Shown in pieces: positions 6,785 to 13,214 of a DNA stretch of 13,214 bases. The position numbers and the translations under genes were made by a program. Source of the DNA: a virus (taxonomy: Duplodnaviria; Heunggongvirae; Uroviricota; Caudoviricetes). The stretch is from the IMG/VR virus record IMGVR_UViG_3300029064_000011. The stretch is one strand, 5' to 3'. Each line of letters begins with the position of its first letter. Position 1 is the stretch's first letter. The notes under the pieces are model-generated. The model saw only the letters and a program-made list of their open reading frames with translations. It made no database searches and was not told where the DNA came from.

Positions 6785-8539
6785 TTATAAAAACGCGTCG
6801 CACTCGTCTGTTGTTATTGCGTTAGTCTGCGTTACTCCCTTAACTTTCCGCGTAATATATTCATGTCCGTAAACTTTCGCGGCTGGCTTCATAGCCTTGC
6901 CAAAGTCATTTACGTTTAGCGGTTTGCTCCTGCCTGCGTACGCCATAAACGCCAGATAGACGCGGTAAAGGCTGTTTCTGGTCGTGTACTTCACTGAATC
7001 GCCACCGCCGCCCATCATCAGGCCGCGTGCTTCCTCCAGAAAATTCAGGAACTGGCAAAACTCAATAACCGGATCCGTCTGTTGCTTTATTGCCAGAGCT
7101 TCATCACCGTCACGCTGTTCCAGTAGTAAAGCCCGTGCCTTCTCAGGGTCGGTAAAGTTCGCCAGCAATCGGCGGATAATGACAGGGATTTCAGCCGCGA
7201 TCTTTTCCGGTAGCTCCCTGTCTTTTTCGGCCTCACTGACGATATTGTCGAAACGGAAAATCACGCGACGACGTGCCACACCTCCGGCCCGTTCGGTGAA
7301 TATCATCGGGTTATTGTTGGTCGCCAGCACCACCGCCCTGATTACCGCCGTGAAACGCTTTTCGTATTTCGGGTTAATTTCCACGGGGTCACCGCCCGTG
7401 ATTTTCTTGATGCCCGTTCCTTCGCCTGTATATTTCGGCTGGTCAGCCAGGACGATAAGACGACTCCCGACAACCTGCGCACGTCCACCAGCATCATCAA
7501 GCGATGTCATTTCAGCGCTTACCGTGTTCTGTTTCCCTGCCAGAAGGCTAGCTATGTGTGTGAATGTACTTTTACCGCTCCCGCCGTCTCCGGTGGCCTC
7601 AATAAACATCTGCCAGTCGTACCGGTTCGCCATAATCATGTACAGCGCGGCACATATACGCATCATCTTGCGCGGGTCTTTTCCGGCTGCGTGCTCAAGC
7701 CATTTATGAAAGTTTGGCGCGTTATCGCGGATGTTCTCCCCTGGTGCTGGTGGCGTGTACTCAATGCCGTTGTGCGTGGTGATCCAGTTCTCCGGCGTGT
7801 GCGGGGAAAATTCCCCCGTTTTCAGGTCAAGCGCACCATTGGCGAACGGCAACAAATCGCCGGACGGCTCGCCCATTGGTTCGGCAATAACTTTTAACGC
7901 TTCCACGGCGTTATTGATTACGCGCTTGCTGAAAGTGGCCCTGTGCTCTGAATAGATCGCCACCATTTCGCGGCTAAGTTCCATTGTGCTGACCGGACAC
8001 CATACCCCGCCGCGCCATACGTGAACGATTTCACTTTCAGGATGTACGCAAACGCCATCAAAGCGATCGGCAAGCAGCTGCGCGCGCTCACTGTCCGCCA
8101 TCTGCGAAAGTTGCGCCTTTTGCTTTACCGGAAGCTCAATGACCAGACCATCAGAAAGATTCTGGCGCTCACGGGCCAGATATTCGCGCCAGTTCTCCAC
8201 CTTCTGACCGTGCATACCATCAGGGTAAAAATTTGCATCCTGTACGCCTGCCGCCGCCAGCTTCTGACCAATCGCCTTTATCATTACTGGCGCAAGATAT
8301 CCGGCCCTGAATATGCGCACGGATTTTCTGCCTTCCGGCACAATTTGCAGCTTATCCAGTTCGGATAACTGCTGCTCCCCAAGCCACACAGGAGTCTCAT
8401 TATCTCCGGCCATACGCGCGTCATGTTCCTGCCATTGTTTTGCGTGTGACCAGGCATCACTACCCGCAAAAATAATGACTTCTGTTTCTTTGTGTTTTAT
8501 GCCGCGTGACTGCTGTTTTACGTTCGGTGCCAGTTTCAT
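6785..8539 (-). CDS. Primase-helicase replication initiator (P4-family phage/plasmid primase C-terminal domain with D5-like NTPase), 584 aa
   Basis: Walker A TGDGGSGKST and Walker B-like RLIVLADQ in the C-terminal half. Domain order and size are typical of satellite pri-rep proteins. Origin iterons directly downstream. Start overlaps the upstream 99-aa ORF. Confidence 0.88.
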   Translation of the reverse strand: MKLAPNVKQQSRGIKHKETEVIIFAGSDAWSHAKQWQEHDARMAGDNETPVWLGEQQLSELDKLQIVPEGRKSVRIFRAGYLAPVMIKAIGQKLAAAGVQDANFYPDGMHGQKVENWREYLARERQNLSDGLVIELPVKQKAQLSQMADSERAQLLADRFDGVCVHPESEIVHVWRGGVWCPVSTMELSREMVAIYSEHRATFSKRVINNAVEALKVIAEPMGEPSGDLLPFANGALDLKTGEFSPHTPENWITTHNGIEYTPPAPGENIRDNAPNFHKWLEHAAGKDPRKMMRICAALYMIMANRYDWQMFIEATGDGGSGKSTFTHIASLLAGKQNTVSAEMTSLDDAGGRAQVVGSRLIVLADQPKYTGEGTGIKKITGGDPVEINPKYEKRFTAVIRAVVLATNNNPMIFTERAGGVARRRVIFRFDNIVSEAEKDRELPEKIAAEIPVIIRRLLANFTDPEKARALLLEQRDGDEALAIKQQTDPVIEFCQFLNFLEEARGLMMGGGGDSVKYTTRNSLYRVYLAFMAYAGRSKPLNVNDFGKAMKPAAKVYGHEYITRKVKGVTQTNAITTDECDAFL

Positions 8540-8835
8540 TTTTTACCCCTGAATCCGTTAATCATGGTTTTCGGCTTCTGGATGTTTGCCCGTGCCCTGG
8601 CGTTGCTGGTGGACACGTTATGCGGCGCGGTCTGTACCAGAGAAAAATCACGCCGGAACTGATAAACAGGCATCACGCAATCATATTCGTAACCTTCACG
8701 GCGGTAGGTTACGCGCCGTTCTTCCACGCCCTTAATCATTACCGTGCCGCCGTACTGGTCGCGGTAAATATCGCCGCGCGTAAATTTAGGGTGAGTGTTG
8801 CCACTGGCAGTTAAGCCAGAATATTTAAGTTTCAT
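8536..8835 (-). CDS. Hypothetical protein, 99 aa
   Basis: ORF with GGAGAA SD. Stop overlaps the primase start. Confidence 0.5.
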   Translation of the reverse strand: MKLKYSGLTASGNTHPKFTRGDIYRDQYGGTVMIKGVEERRVTYRREGYEYDCVMPVYQFRRDFSLVQTAPHNVSTSNARARANIQKPKTMINGFRGKK

Positions 8836-8840
8836 TATTT

Positions 8841-9074
8841 TTATTCTCCGGTGTGCTGTTCTTTATATCTGTCGTGCAATAGATCTATTTCTTGCAGTTC
8901 CATTATTACAGGCTCAAGAAGCGTTATTAATGCCGTGGCAATTCTTGATTTTTGTTTGTCGCGTTCATTGTCGCCAAGTGTTTCAAGCCATATGCGCAAT
9001 ATTTCCAGCATGTTTTCACTGTGAGAAAGTGCAAGAAATGCGCGGTCTATTGTTTCGTGGTAAATATCACGCAT
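8841..9074 (-). CDS. Hypothetical protein, 77 aa
   Basis: ORF with GAGGA SD 6-7 nt upstream of the ATG. Co-directional with the operon. Confidence 0.5.
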   Translation of the reverse strand: MRDIYHETIDRAFLALSHSENMLEILRIWLETLGDNERDKQKSRIATALITLLEPVIMELQEIDLLHDRYKEQHTGE

Positions 9075-9300
9075 GGCTTACATCCTCAGGAAATTTTCTT
9101 CTATAACGCGCCTCTGCCACATATTCCGCATAATCGGCGGCGATATTCAGTACATCAAGCCCCGTTGATTTATATTCTCTCGTGGAAAGTAAGAAAAAAG
9201 CCGCTCTAATAAGTTCTGGCATTGACGAAAGCGCATCAGCCGCATCATCAGGAACGCCGGAAAATTCCTGTTTCAGGGAATTAAAACGATCATCACGCAT
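9067..9300 (-). CDS. Hypothetical protein, 77 aa
   Basis: ORF with AGGGGGG SD. 3' end overlaps the next gene by 8 nt. Confidence 0.5.
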   Translation of the reverse strand: MRDDRFNSLKQEFSGVPDDAADALSSMPELIRAAFFLLSTREYKSTGLDVLNIAADYAEYVAEARYRRKFPEDVSHA

Positions 9301-9658
9301 GTTTACCCCCCTGAATGACCTGATAACCGCAACTGGTCAGCAACTCGATAAATTCCGGCAGTGTGCCGAAACAGCAATCATCACGCAGCCGTTCACAGGA
9401 TACCTCGACGCCGTTTTCGTAGTGACTCACCATACATCCGGTAAAATGCAGATCATCATCGTGATGGCTCGTTGACGGCTTAATCAGTCGCGCACGTTCC
9501 GCCAGTTCCAGCAATGCTTCAACGCTTCCGGCAATTGCACCATCCGGCAGGTGATAATTACGCACTATGCGCCCGTTCTCCACATTGACCAGCAACTGCC
9601 CGGTAAATTTCTCATCAAACTGAATGCTGTTAAGGTCAGAAATTGACAGATTATGCAT
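9293..9658 (-). CDS. Hypothetical protein, about 121 aa (second ATG of the ORF chosen)
   Basis: ORF track gives 9293..9676, but the ATG at 9656-9658 is preceded by AGGAGG at optimal spacing (start MHNLSIS...). Confidence 0.5.
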   Translation of the reverse strand: MHNLSISDLNSIQFDEKFTGQLLVNVENGRIVRNYHLPDGAIAGSVEALLELAERARLIKPSTSHHDDDLHFTGCMVSHYENGVEVSCERLRDDCCFGTLPEFIELLTSCGYQVIQGGKHA

Positions 9659-9875
9659 GGTGCACCTCCTGCACATCAGCCATGATAATTTTTCCGGCCT
9701 TATCCAGTGCCTGATCGGCTTTTAGCTGCACAAATGCTAAATAATGGAAGATGCATTCTGATTCTCTGGCTGCGTGTTTATGCGCCCTGTCAGCAATAAC
9801 AGAAATATCAATAAGCGCGTGCATCAGCGTAGTGAGCGCGGCGGCGGCTGCGTCCGGTGTGGTTTTATTGCACAT
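9651..9875 (-). CDS. Hypothetical protein, about 74 aa (internal start of ORF 9651..9929)
   Basis: GGAGGGG SD precedes the ATG at 9873-9875 (start MCNKTTPD...). The longer upstream extension lacks an SD. Confidence 0.4.
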   Translation of the reverse strand: MCNKTTPDAAAAALTTLMHALIDISVIADRAHKHAARESECIFHYLAFVQLKADQALDKAGKIIMADVQEVHHA

Positions 9876-10095
9876 GTACCCCTCCGCATTTTTTTTCGTT
9901 AGAAATAAGCGTTCTTCTTTCCTGTTCATCGCTCAGGAATACGCAGACCTCACCGCTAAGGCGTTTAAGTAAGCCGATGATTGCCCCTGATTCGCTGTCG
10001 GTCATCATGCCAGGGTAATCCTCTGCCAGTGCGCAAATAACTTCGATTTGGTGGGCGCGTTCTGCTGCCTGTTGTAGTGTGATTTCCTGGCTCAT
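9865..10095 (-). CDS. Hypothetical protein, 76 aa
   Basis: ORF with GGGGGTAGG SD. Its ATG overlaps the stop of the upstream 66-codon reading frame (ATGA). Confidence 0.45.
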   Translation of the reverse strand: MSQEITLQQAAERAHQIEVICALAEDYPGMMTDSESGAIIGLLKRLSGEVCVFLSDEQERRTLISNEKKCGGVHVQ

Positions 10096-10292
10096 AAGCC
10101 TACCCCCTGACGAATACGGGCAGCAAATACCATCACGCAGCCAGCCGGAGATTGCTGGCGTGCTTCCTGTTCGCTGGTGGCCTCAATGGTAATCACGCGC
10201 GGTTGTGCCGTGCTCAGGGCGATAAAACGCCAGATGTATTTATTCAGGTTGTGCGAGTCCCGCCCTTGCGGGTGTGTGGTATGATTTCTCAT
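10092..10292 (-). CDS. Hypothetical protein, 66 aa, candidate first gene of the leftward operon
   Basis: ATG at 10290-10292 preceded by GAGGTAG. Stop overlaps the start of the 76-aa gene. This is the C-terminal in-frame part of the 428-codon ORF 10092..11378. Starts about 95 bp from the operator cluster. Confidence 0.4.
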   Translation of the reverse strand: MRNHTTHPQGRDSHNLNKYIWRFIALSTAQPRVITIEATSEQEARQQSPAGCVMVFAARIRQGVGL

Positions 10293-11378
10293 AGCTACCT
10301 CGATACTTTCGCTATCGTTGGTGGTTAGAAGCCCGGTTAGTGTTAGCGCACTGCCGGGTTTCGTCGTTTCTGCACCTTGCGCCAACAAGGTGTTGAACAC
10401 CAATTTAAACCCAGGTGTTAAACACGTCAAGTGTTGAACACTTATTTTTTTTCCTGCATACTGCATTTGTTTTTTATGAGGGGTACACCACATGGCGACA
10501 AAAGCGGTAAACGCAAAATCACAAACCGTTGCGGCAAGGGTTCCGCATGAAGTTATGAACAATGTTGAGGCGGTAAAAATGCCTGGCGAAAGTACGGGGC
10601 AATTTGTTACTGCGGCATTAAAACGAGAAGTTGAATATCGCCAGCGGCGCAAGGCCAAAGAACCAGAGTAATCACCATCAGCGCCGTGGTGTAAGGTATT
10701 ACGGCGCATTGCTATGCAGGACAACACAATGACCGATAAAGAATTGACCAAAACATTATCACCGGCACGGAAAAGACGGCGCAGAAAGATAGAGCATGAA
10801 TCAGAAAGATTCGCGCCATGTGCTTTTGCCCTTGAGCAATTCCTTAAAGAGTACAGGGAAAAGCGCTCATTGCAGGTATGGCAACGAACTGAACCAGACT
10901 GATTGCATTGCCCACCAGCCGCAAATGTGGCATTGTTGGCAATGCTCATGCGTTGGGGATAACGTGTAGCTTGTGTCGAGGGGCCACCGTAGCGGGTGGC
11001 CTTTGTTTTGCCCGTTATTCGGCAATTGTGGCGCTTCTCCACATGGTTGATATAATCCCACTGCTCAGATTCATTTTTTGCGCAGTAGGTTAATTGTTCA
11101 CAAAGGCGCTCCGGCAACGGGGCGCTTTTTGTTTTTATTAGTTTGTAGAAACCTGACTCAGAGATAATGCTCATATTCTGATTGCCGTCAGGGGTGTAAG
11201 TTAAATTTACTCCCTTTTTATCATCAAACATCTGCAACGCTCTGGCGTTAACAATATTGGTTTCACTCCCGCCAGTAAGGCCGGAAATAACCGGAATAAT
11301 TTCGGCAAAATTTTGCAGATTCTGTTTTTCAGGACGAACGAAGCCCCGCCCTTGTTCGGGAGAATATCCAGTATTCAT
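10092..11378 (-). CDS. 428-codon ORF, probably not one real gene; N-terminal roughly 115 codons resemble a BRO-N/antirepressor-like domain, the middle overlaps the + strand RHH cassette
   Basis: N-terminal part contains ISESGFYKLIKTKSAP, reminiscent of the BRO-N motif I-E-G-LY-LI-S-P. The rest has skewed Cys/Ser/Thr-rich composition and runs antisense through operators, the RHH gene and two + strand terminators. Weak SD at the 11378 ATG. Confidence 0.25.
   Translation of the reverse strand: MNTGYSPEQGRGFVRPEKQNLQNFAEIIPVISGLTGGSETNIVNARALQMFDDKKGVNLTYTPDGNQNMSIISESGFYKLIKTKSAPLPERLCEQLTYCAKNESEQWDYINHVEKRHNCRITGKTKATRYGGPSTQATRYPQRMSIANNATFAAGGQCNQSGSVRCHTCNERFSLYSLRNCSRAKAHGANLSDSCSIFLRRLFRAGDNVLVNSLSVIVLSCIAMRRNTLHHGADGDYSGSLALRRWRYSTSRFNAAVTNCPVLSPGIFTASTLFITSCGTLAATVCDFAFTAFVAMWCTPHKKQMQYAGKKISVQHLTCLTPGFKLVFNTLLAQGAETTKPGSALTLTGLLTTNDSESIEVAMRNHTTHPQGRDSHNLNKYIWRFIALSTAQPRVITIEATSEQEARQQSPAGCVMVFAARIRQGVGL
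10388..10442. promoter_or_regulatory. Three palindromic operator-like sites in a divergent promoter region
   Basis: GGTGTT-G-AACACC (10388-10400), GTGTT-A-AACAC (10414-10424) and AAGTGTT-G-AACACTT (10428-10442). The third overlaps a candidate rightward promoter: -35 TTGAAC (10433-10438), 17-nt spacer, -10 CATACT (10456-10461). Confidence 0.6.
10491..10670 (+). CDS. Ribbon-helix-helix (Arc/CopG-like) DNA-binding protein, 59 aa
   Basis: Not in the ORF track because it is under 60 aa; translated by hand as MATKAVNAKSQTVAARVPHEVMNNVEAVKMPGESTGQFVTAALKREVEYRQRRKAKEPE. The N-terminal strand-like RVPHEV followed by two helices is the classic RHH pattern. GAGGGG SD. The operator cluster lies immediately upstream. 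Confidence 0.6.
10714..10902 (+). CDS. Small, very basic hypothetical protein (58-62 aa), second gene of the + strand cassette
   Basis: ORF track entry 10714..10902. An AGGA SD favours the second ATG at 10729 (MTDKELTK...). Contains an RKRRRRK tract. Followed by an intrinsic terminator. Confidence 0.4.
   Translation: MQDNTMTDKELTKTLSPARKRRRRKIEHESERFAPCAFALEQFLKEYREKRSLQVWQRTEPD
10982..11009 (+). terminator. Rho-independent terminator of the + strand RHH cassette
   Basis: GGCCACC-gtagcg-GGTGGCC hairpin (10982-11001) followed by TTTGTTTT. Confidence 0.55.
11106..11136 (+). terminator. Second + strand rho-independent terminator
   Basis: GCGCTCCG-GCAA-CGGGGCGC hairpin (8 bp including one G-U pair, GNRA-like tetraloop) followed by TTTTTGTTTTT. 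Confidence 0.55.
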
Positions 11379-11430
11379 GGTTAGATCTCTGTATTAGTGG
11401 ATGGGTGGCGGCTGTGTGCCGCCAGCCTGA

Positions 11431-11619
11431 TTAGTGAACTGCCTCGCAGCTGTCCTTCCATGCCAGAACTTCGGATAAAGACCAGCCAACGGAACGACCG
11501 CCCAGCTTACGCCGTGATGGGAATTGTCCGGCTTTTTCCAGGCGGTACCGACATGAGCGGCTCAGGCCTGTAAGTTGCTGACATTCTTTTTCACGTATAA
11601 AGCGATCTGTGCTTAACAC
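11431..11619 (-). CDS. alpA: AlpA-family transcriptional regulator (excisionase-like HTH), 62 aa, GTG start
   Basis: Pattern LTGLSRSCRYRLEKAGQFPSRRKLGGRSVGWSLSEVLAW fits the Phage_AlpA family (TG-SR-T-Y, FP-P-LG-RSVGW, E-W). AAGGGGGAA SD 4-5 nt upstream of the GTG. Positioned next to the integrase as in PICIs and P4-like islands. Confidence 0.8.
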   Translation of the reverse strand: MLSTDRFIREKECQQLTGLSRSCRYRLEKAGQFPSRRKLGGRSVGWSLSEVLAWKDSCEAVH

Positions 11620-11900
11620 AATTCCCCCTTTGTTGTTTCTTAAAGAGTCATTGGGTGGATTATTGGGTTGGGTTGTGTCGGATTGTGTCAGGGTGTTTGT
11701 GGAATGGCAAACACTGGCGGCGGTCGTTTTACAGAAGCAGGGGGAATGAGAATAAAAACTCTTTTAATTCATTATGATGCAAAGGCATAAAATTTTACTT
11801 TTACGCCTTTTTTACATATTTTTAAGAGTGATTCGCCAGTGTATAAAAAAACAGTACACCTATAAAAATCAAATGGTTATTACGATGGCTGATTTTTAAC

Positions 11901-11960
11901 CCGTTGTTCCATTTTGTTCCTTGTTGTTCGTCGTTGTGTCTCGTTGTTTCACGTTGTCCG
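11901..11960. repeat. Six tandem 10-bp direct repeats (consensus TCGTTGTTYC) between int and alpA
   Basis: Perfectly phased units ccgttgttcc, attttgttcc, ttgttgttcg, tcgttgtgtc, tcgttgtttc, acgttgtccg. A related GT-rich pair (gggttgtgtc, ggattgtgtc) lies at about 11667-11686. Confidence 0.55.
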
Positions 11961-11984
11961 CATCCTGAAAAATCGCAAAAAAAA

Positions 11985-13214
11985 TTATATTTCTCTGGCT
12001 ATTGGCAATGTGGTTACGTTTTCATGTGTTCCCGCCAGTATCCCTAACCGCTCCGTCCACATATCCAGCGCGTCACGTTTCGCATCCAGATAACGGGAAT
12101 GGTTATAGACTCGTTGCATCCCTGGCATCTGATGACCTGTAAGCTGCTCCACGACGTGAGGATCCACGCCTAAATCGTTCAGCATCGTTGTAAAGGTGCG
12201 CCGGATGTCATGCAGTGACCAGTGAGGGTGTTTTAGCCTCCTGTGCGCTAATCTGCCGTACTGCGACACGCTTGTTTCCTGTTTCACTTCCCCCAGCAAT
12301 AAGCCCGTGTGCCTGTTCTGCTCCACCAGCTGCGTGACGAACGGCAGTATTGCTTCCGGTATGGGCCGGAATATTGCCACCTTCGTTTTGCTGTGTTCTT
12401 TCGGCACGGTCCAGAGCATTTCGGTAAAATCCCACTCGCTGATCTCCGATAACCTCAGTTCTACCGTCCGGCATCCGAAAACAATCAGGAGGCGGATTAG
12501 TGCGACGTAGTAAGGGGAAAATATTTTTTTGTCCAGTGCCTGCAATAATTCGCCAAGTTCTTTGGTGCTTAAGACACGCTCGCTTATATCCGGTTTTTTC
12601 CCAACGTCCGCCACACTCATATCATCAAGAACGTTGCTGATTGCATAGCGCCGCCTCCGGCAGAACTTAAGCGCCTGTTTGCACGTCTGTAGCAAGAATC
12701 CGGCAGTAACAGGCGTTCGCTTTGCCACCTGGTCAAAACAGGCCAGCCAGTGCCGTAGCTCGCATTTATCCAGCGGCATAGCACCAATGTGCTGTATTAC
12801 GTGATTATTAAGGCGCTTTTTCAGGGCGGCATAATCCACGCGGTTTTCCTTTACGTAAGACTCAAGCCAGTAGGTAAGCGCATCGCCAACCGTTACGGGC
12901 TTTAACGCTTTCTGTACGGTGTAATTCATCTCATGACGTGGATTTTTCCCCTCAGCAAGCCAAGCGCGACACTGTGCCGCTTTTTCCCTGGCAGCTTTCA
13001 GACTCAGATCAGGATAATTTCCCAGCTTAATCCGTTCCGGTCGTGCTCCCCTTCCCGTTCCGGCCCTGTAGGTGAAATACCAGGTTAAAAGGCCGCTGGT
13101 TGAATGCCTGACGCTCAGGTTTCCACCGTCATTAAGAAAGGCTGTTTTTTGGGCGGGTGTGCCGTTGATTTTCCTCAGCTGTGTATCGCTCAGTTTGTTA
13201 AGTGCTCTGCTCAT
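11985..13214 (-). CDS. int: Tyrosine recombinase, P4-type integrase, 409 aa; start codon at the last window base
   Basis: N-terminal arm-binding domain pattern (LSDTQLRK, NDGGNLSV, WYFTYR, LGNYPDLSLKAAREK) typical of P4-like integrases. C-terminal catalytic motifs HDIRRTF and RVYNHSRY. The N-terminal pattern suggests the ATG at 13212-13214 is the true start. Confidence 0.93.
   Translation of the reverse strand: MSRALNKLSDTQLRKINGTPAQKTAFLNDGGNLSVRHSTSGLLTWYFTYRAGTGRGARPERIKLGNYPDLSLKAAREKAAQCRAWLAEGKNPRHEMNYTVQKALKPVTVGDALTYWLESYVKENRVDYAALKKRLNNHVIQHIGAMPLDKCELRHWLACFDQVAKRTPVTAGFLLQTCKQALKFCRRRRYAISNVLDDMSVADVGKKPDISERVLSTKELGELLQALDKKIFSPYYVALIRLLIVFGCRTVELRLSEISEWDFTEMLWTVPKEHSKTKVAIFRPIPEAILPFVTQLVEQNRHTGLLLGEVKQETSVSQYGRLAHRRLKHPHWSLHDIRRTFTTMLNDLGVDPHVVEQLTGHQMPGMQRVYNHSRYLDAKRDALDMWTERLGILAGTHENVTTLPIAREI

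Larger units (their letters stand above)
1500..13214. mobile_element. Integrated phage satellite (PICI / P4-like chromosomal island) with lambda-type head and packaging module; left boundary approximate, right end continues past the window
   Basis: Co-directional integrase, AlpA, primase-helicase with iteron origin, SSB, capsid/decoration/TerS genes and cos sites, inserted directly after phoQ. Left junction must lie in the non-coding 1462-2062 interval. The att site next to the integrase 5' end is outside the window. Confidence 0.8.

Noticed and set aside
6984-7955. Plus-strand ORFs of 241, 113 and 74 aa (6984..7709, 7556..7897, 7731..7955)
   Set aside because: They lie antisense inside the well-supported primase-helicase gene and have Ser/Arg/Pro-rich, low-complexity translations typical of antisense frames.
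10908-11093. Plus-strand ORF of 61 aa after the first terminator
   Set aside because: Cys-rich hydrophobic translation with no SD. Kept only as a weak possibility in the cassette finding.

Overview
The window holds a complete phoQ sensor kinase gene (1-1461, + strand) followed by an integrated phage-satellite-like island of about 11.7 kb that runs from roughly 1.5 kb to the window edge and probably beyond. Nearly all island genes are on the minus strand. From the right edge inward: a P4-type tyrosine integrase, an AlpA-family regulator, a divergent regulatory region with three palindromic operators and a small convergent RHH-protein cassette, a run of tightly overlapping small genes, a P4-family primase-helicase, an iteron-rich origin, an SSB-like protein, and a lambda-like head and packaging module (major capsid protein gpE-like, decoration protein gpD-like, Nu1-like small terminase). 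The standout observation is two lambda-type cos sites (both carrying GGGCGGCGACCT) in convergent orientation flanking the small-terminase gene. No portal, large terminase, protease or tail genes are visible, so the island looks like a satellite that brings its own capsid shell and TerS but must borrow the rest from a lambdoid helper. All homology calls are from reading the translations and from remembered lambda sequences; no database search was run.
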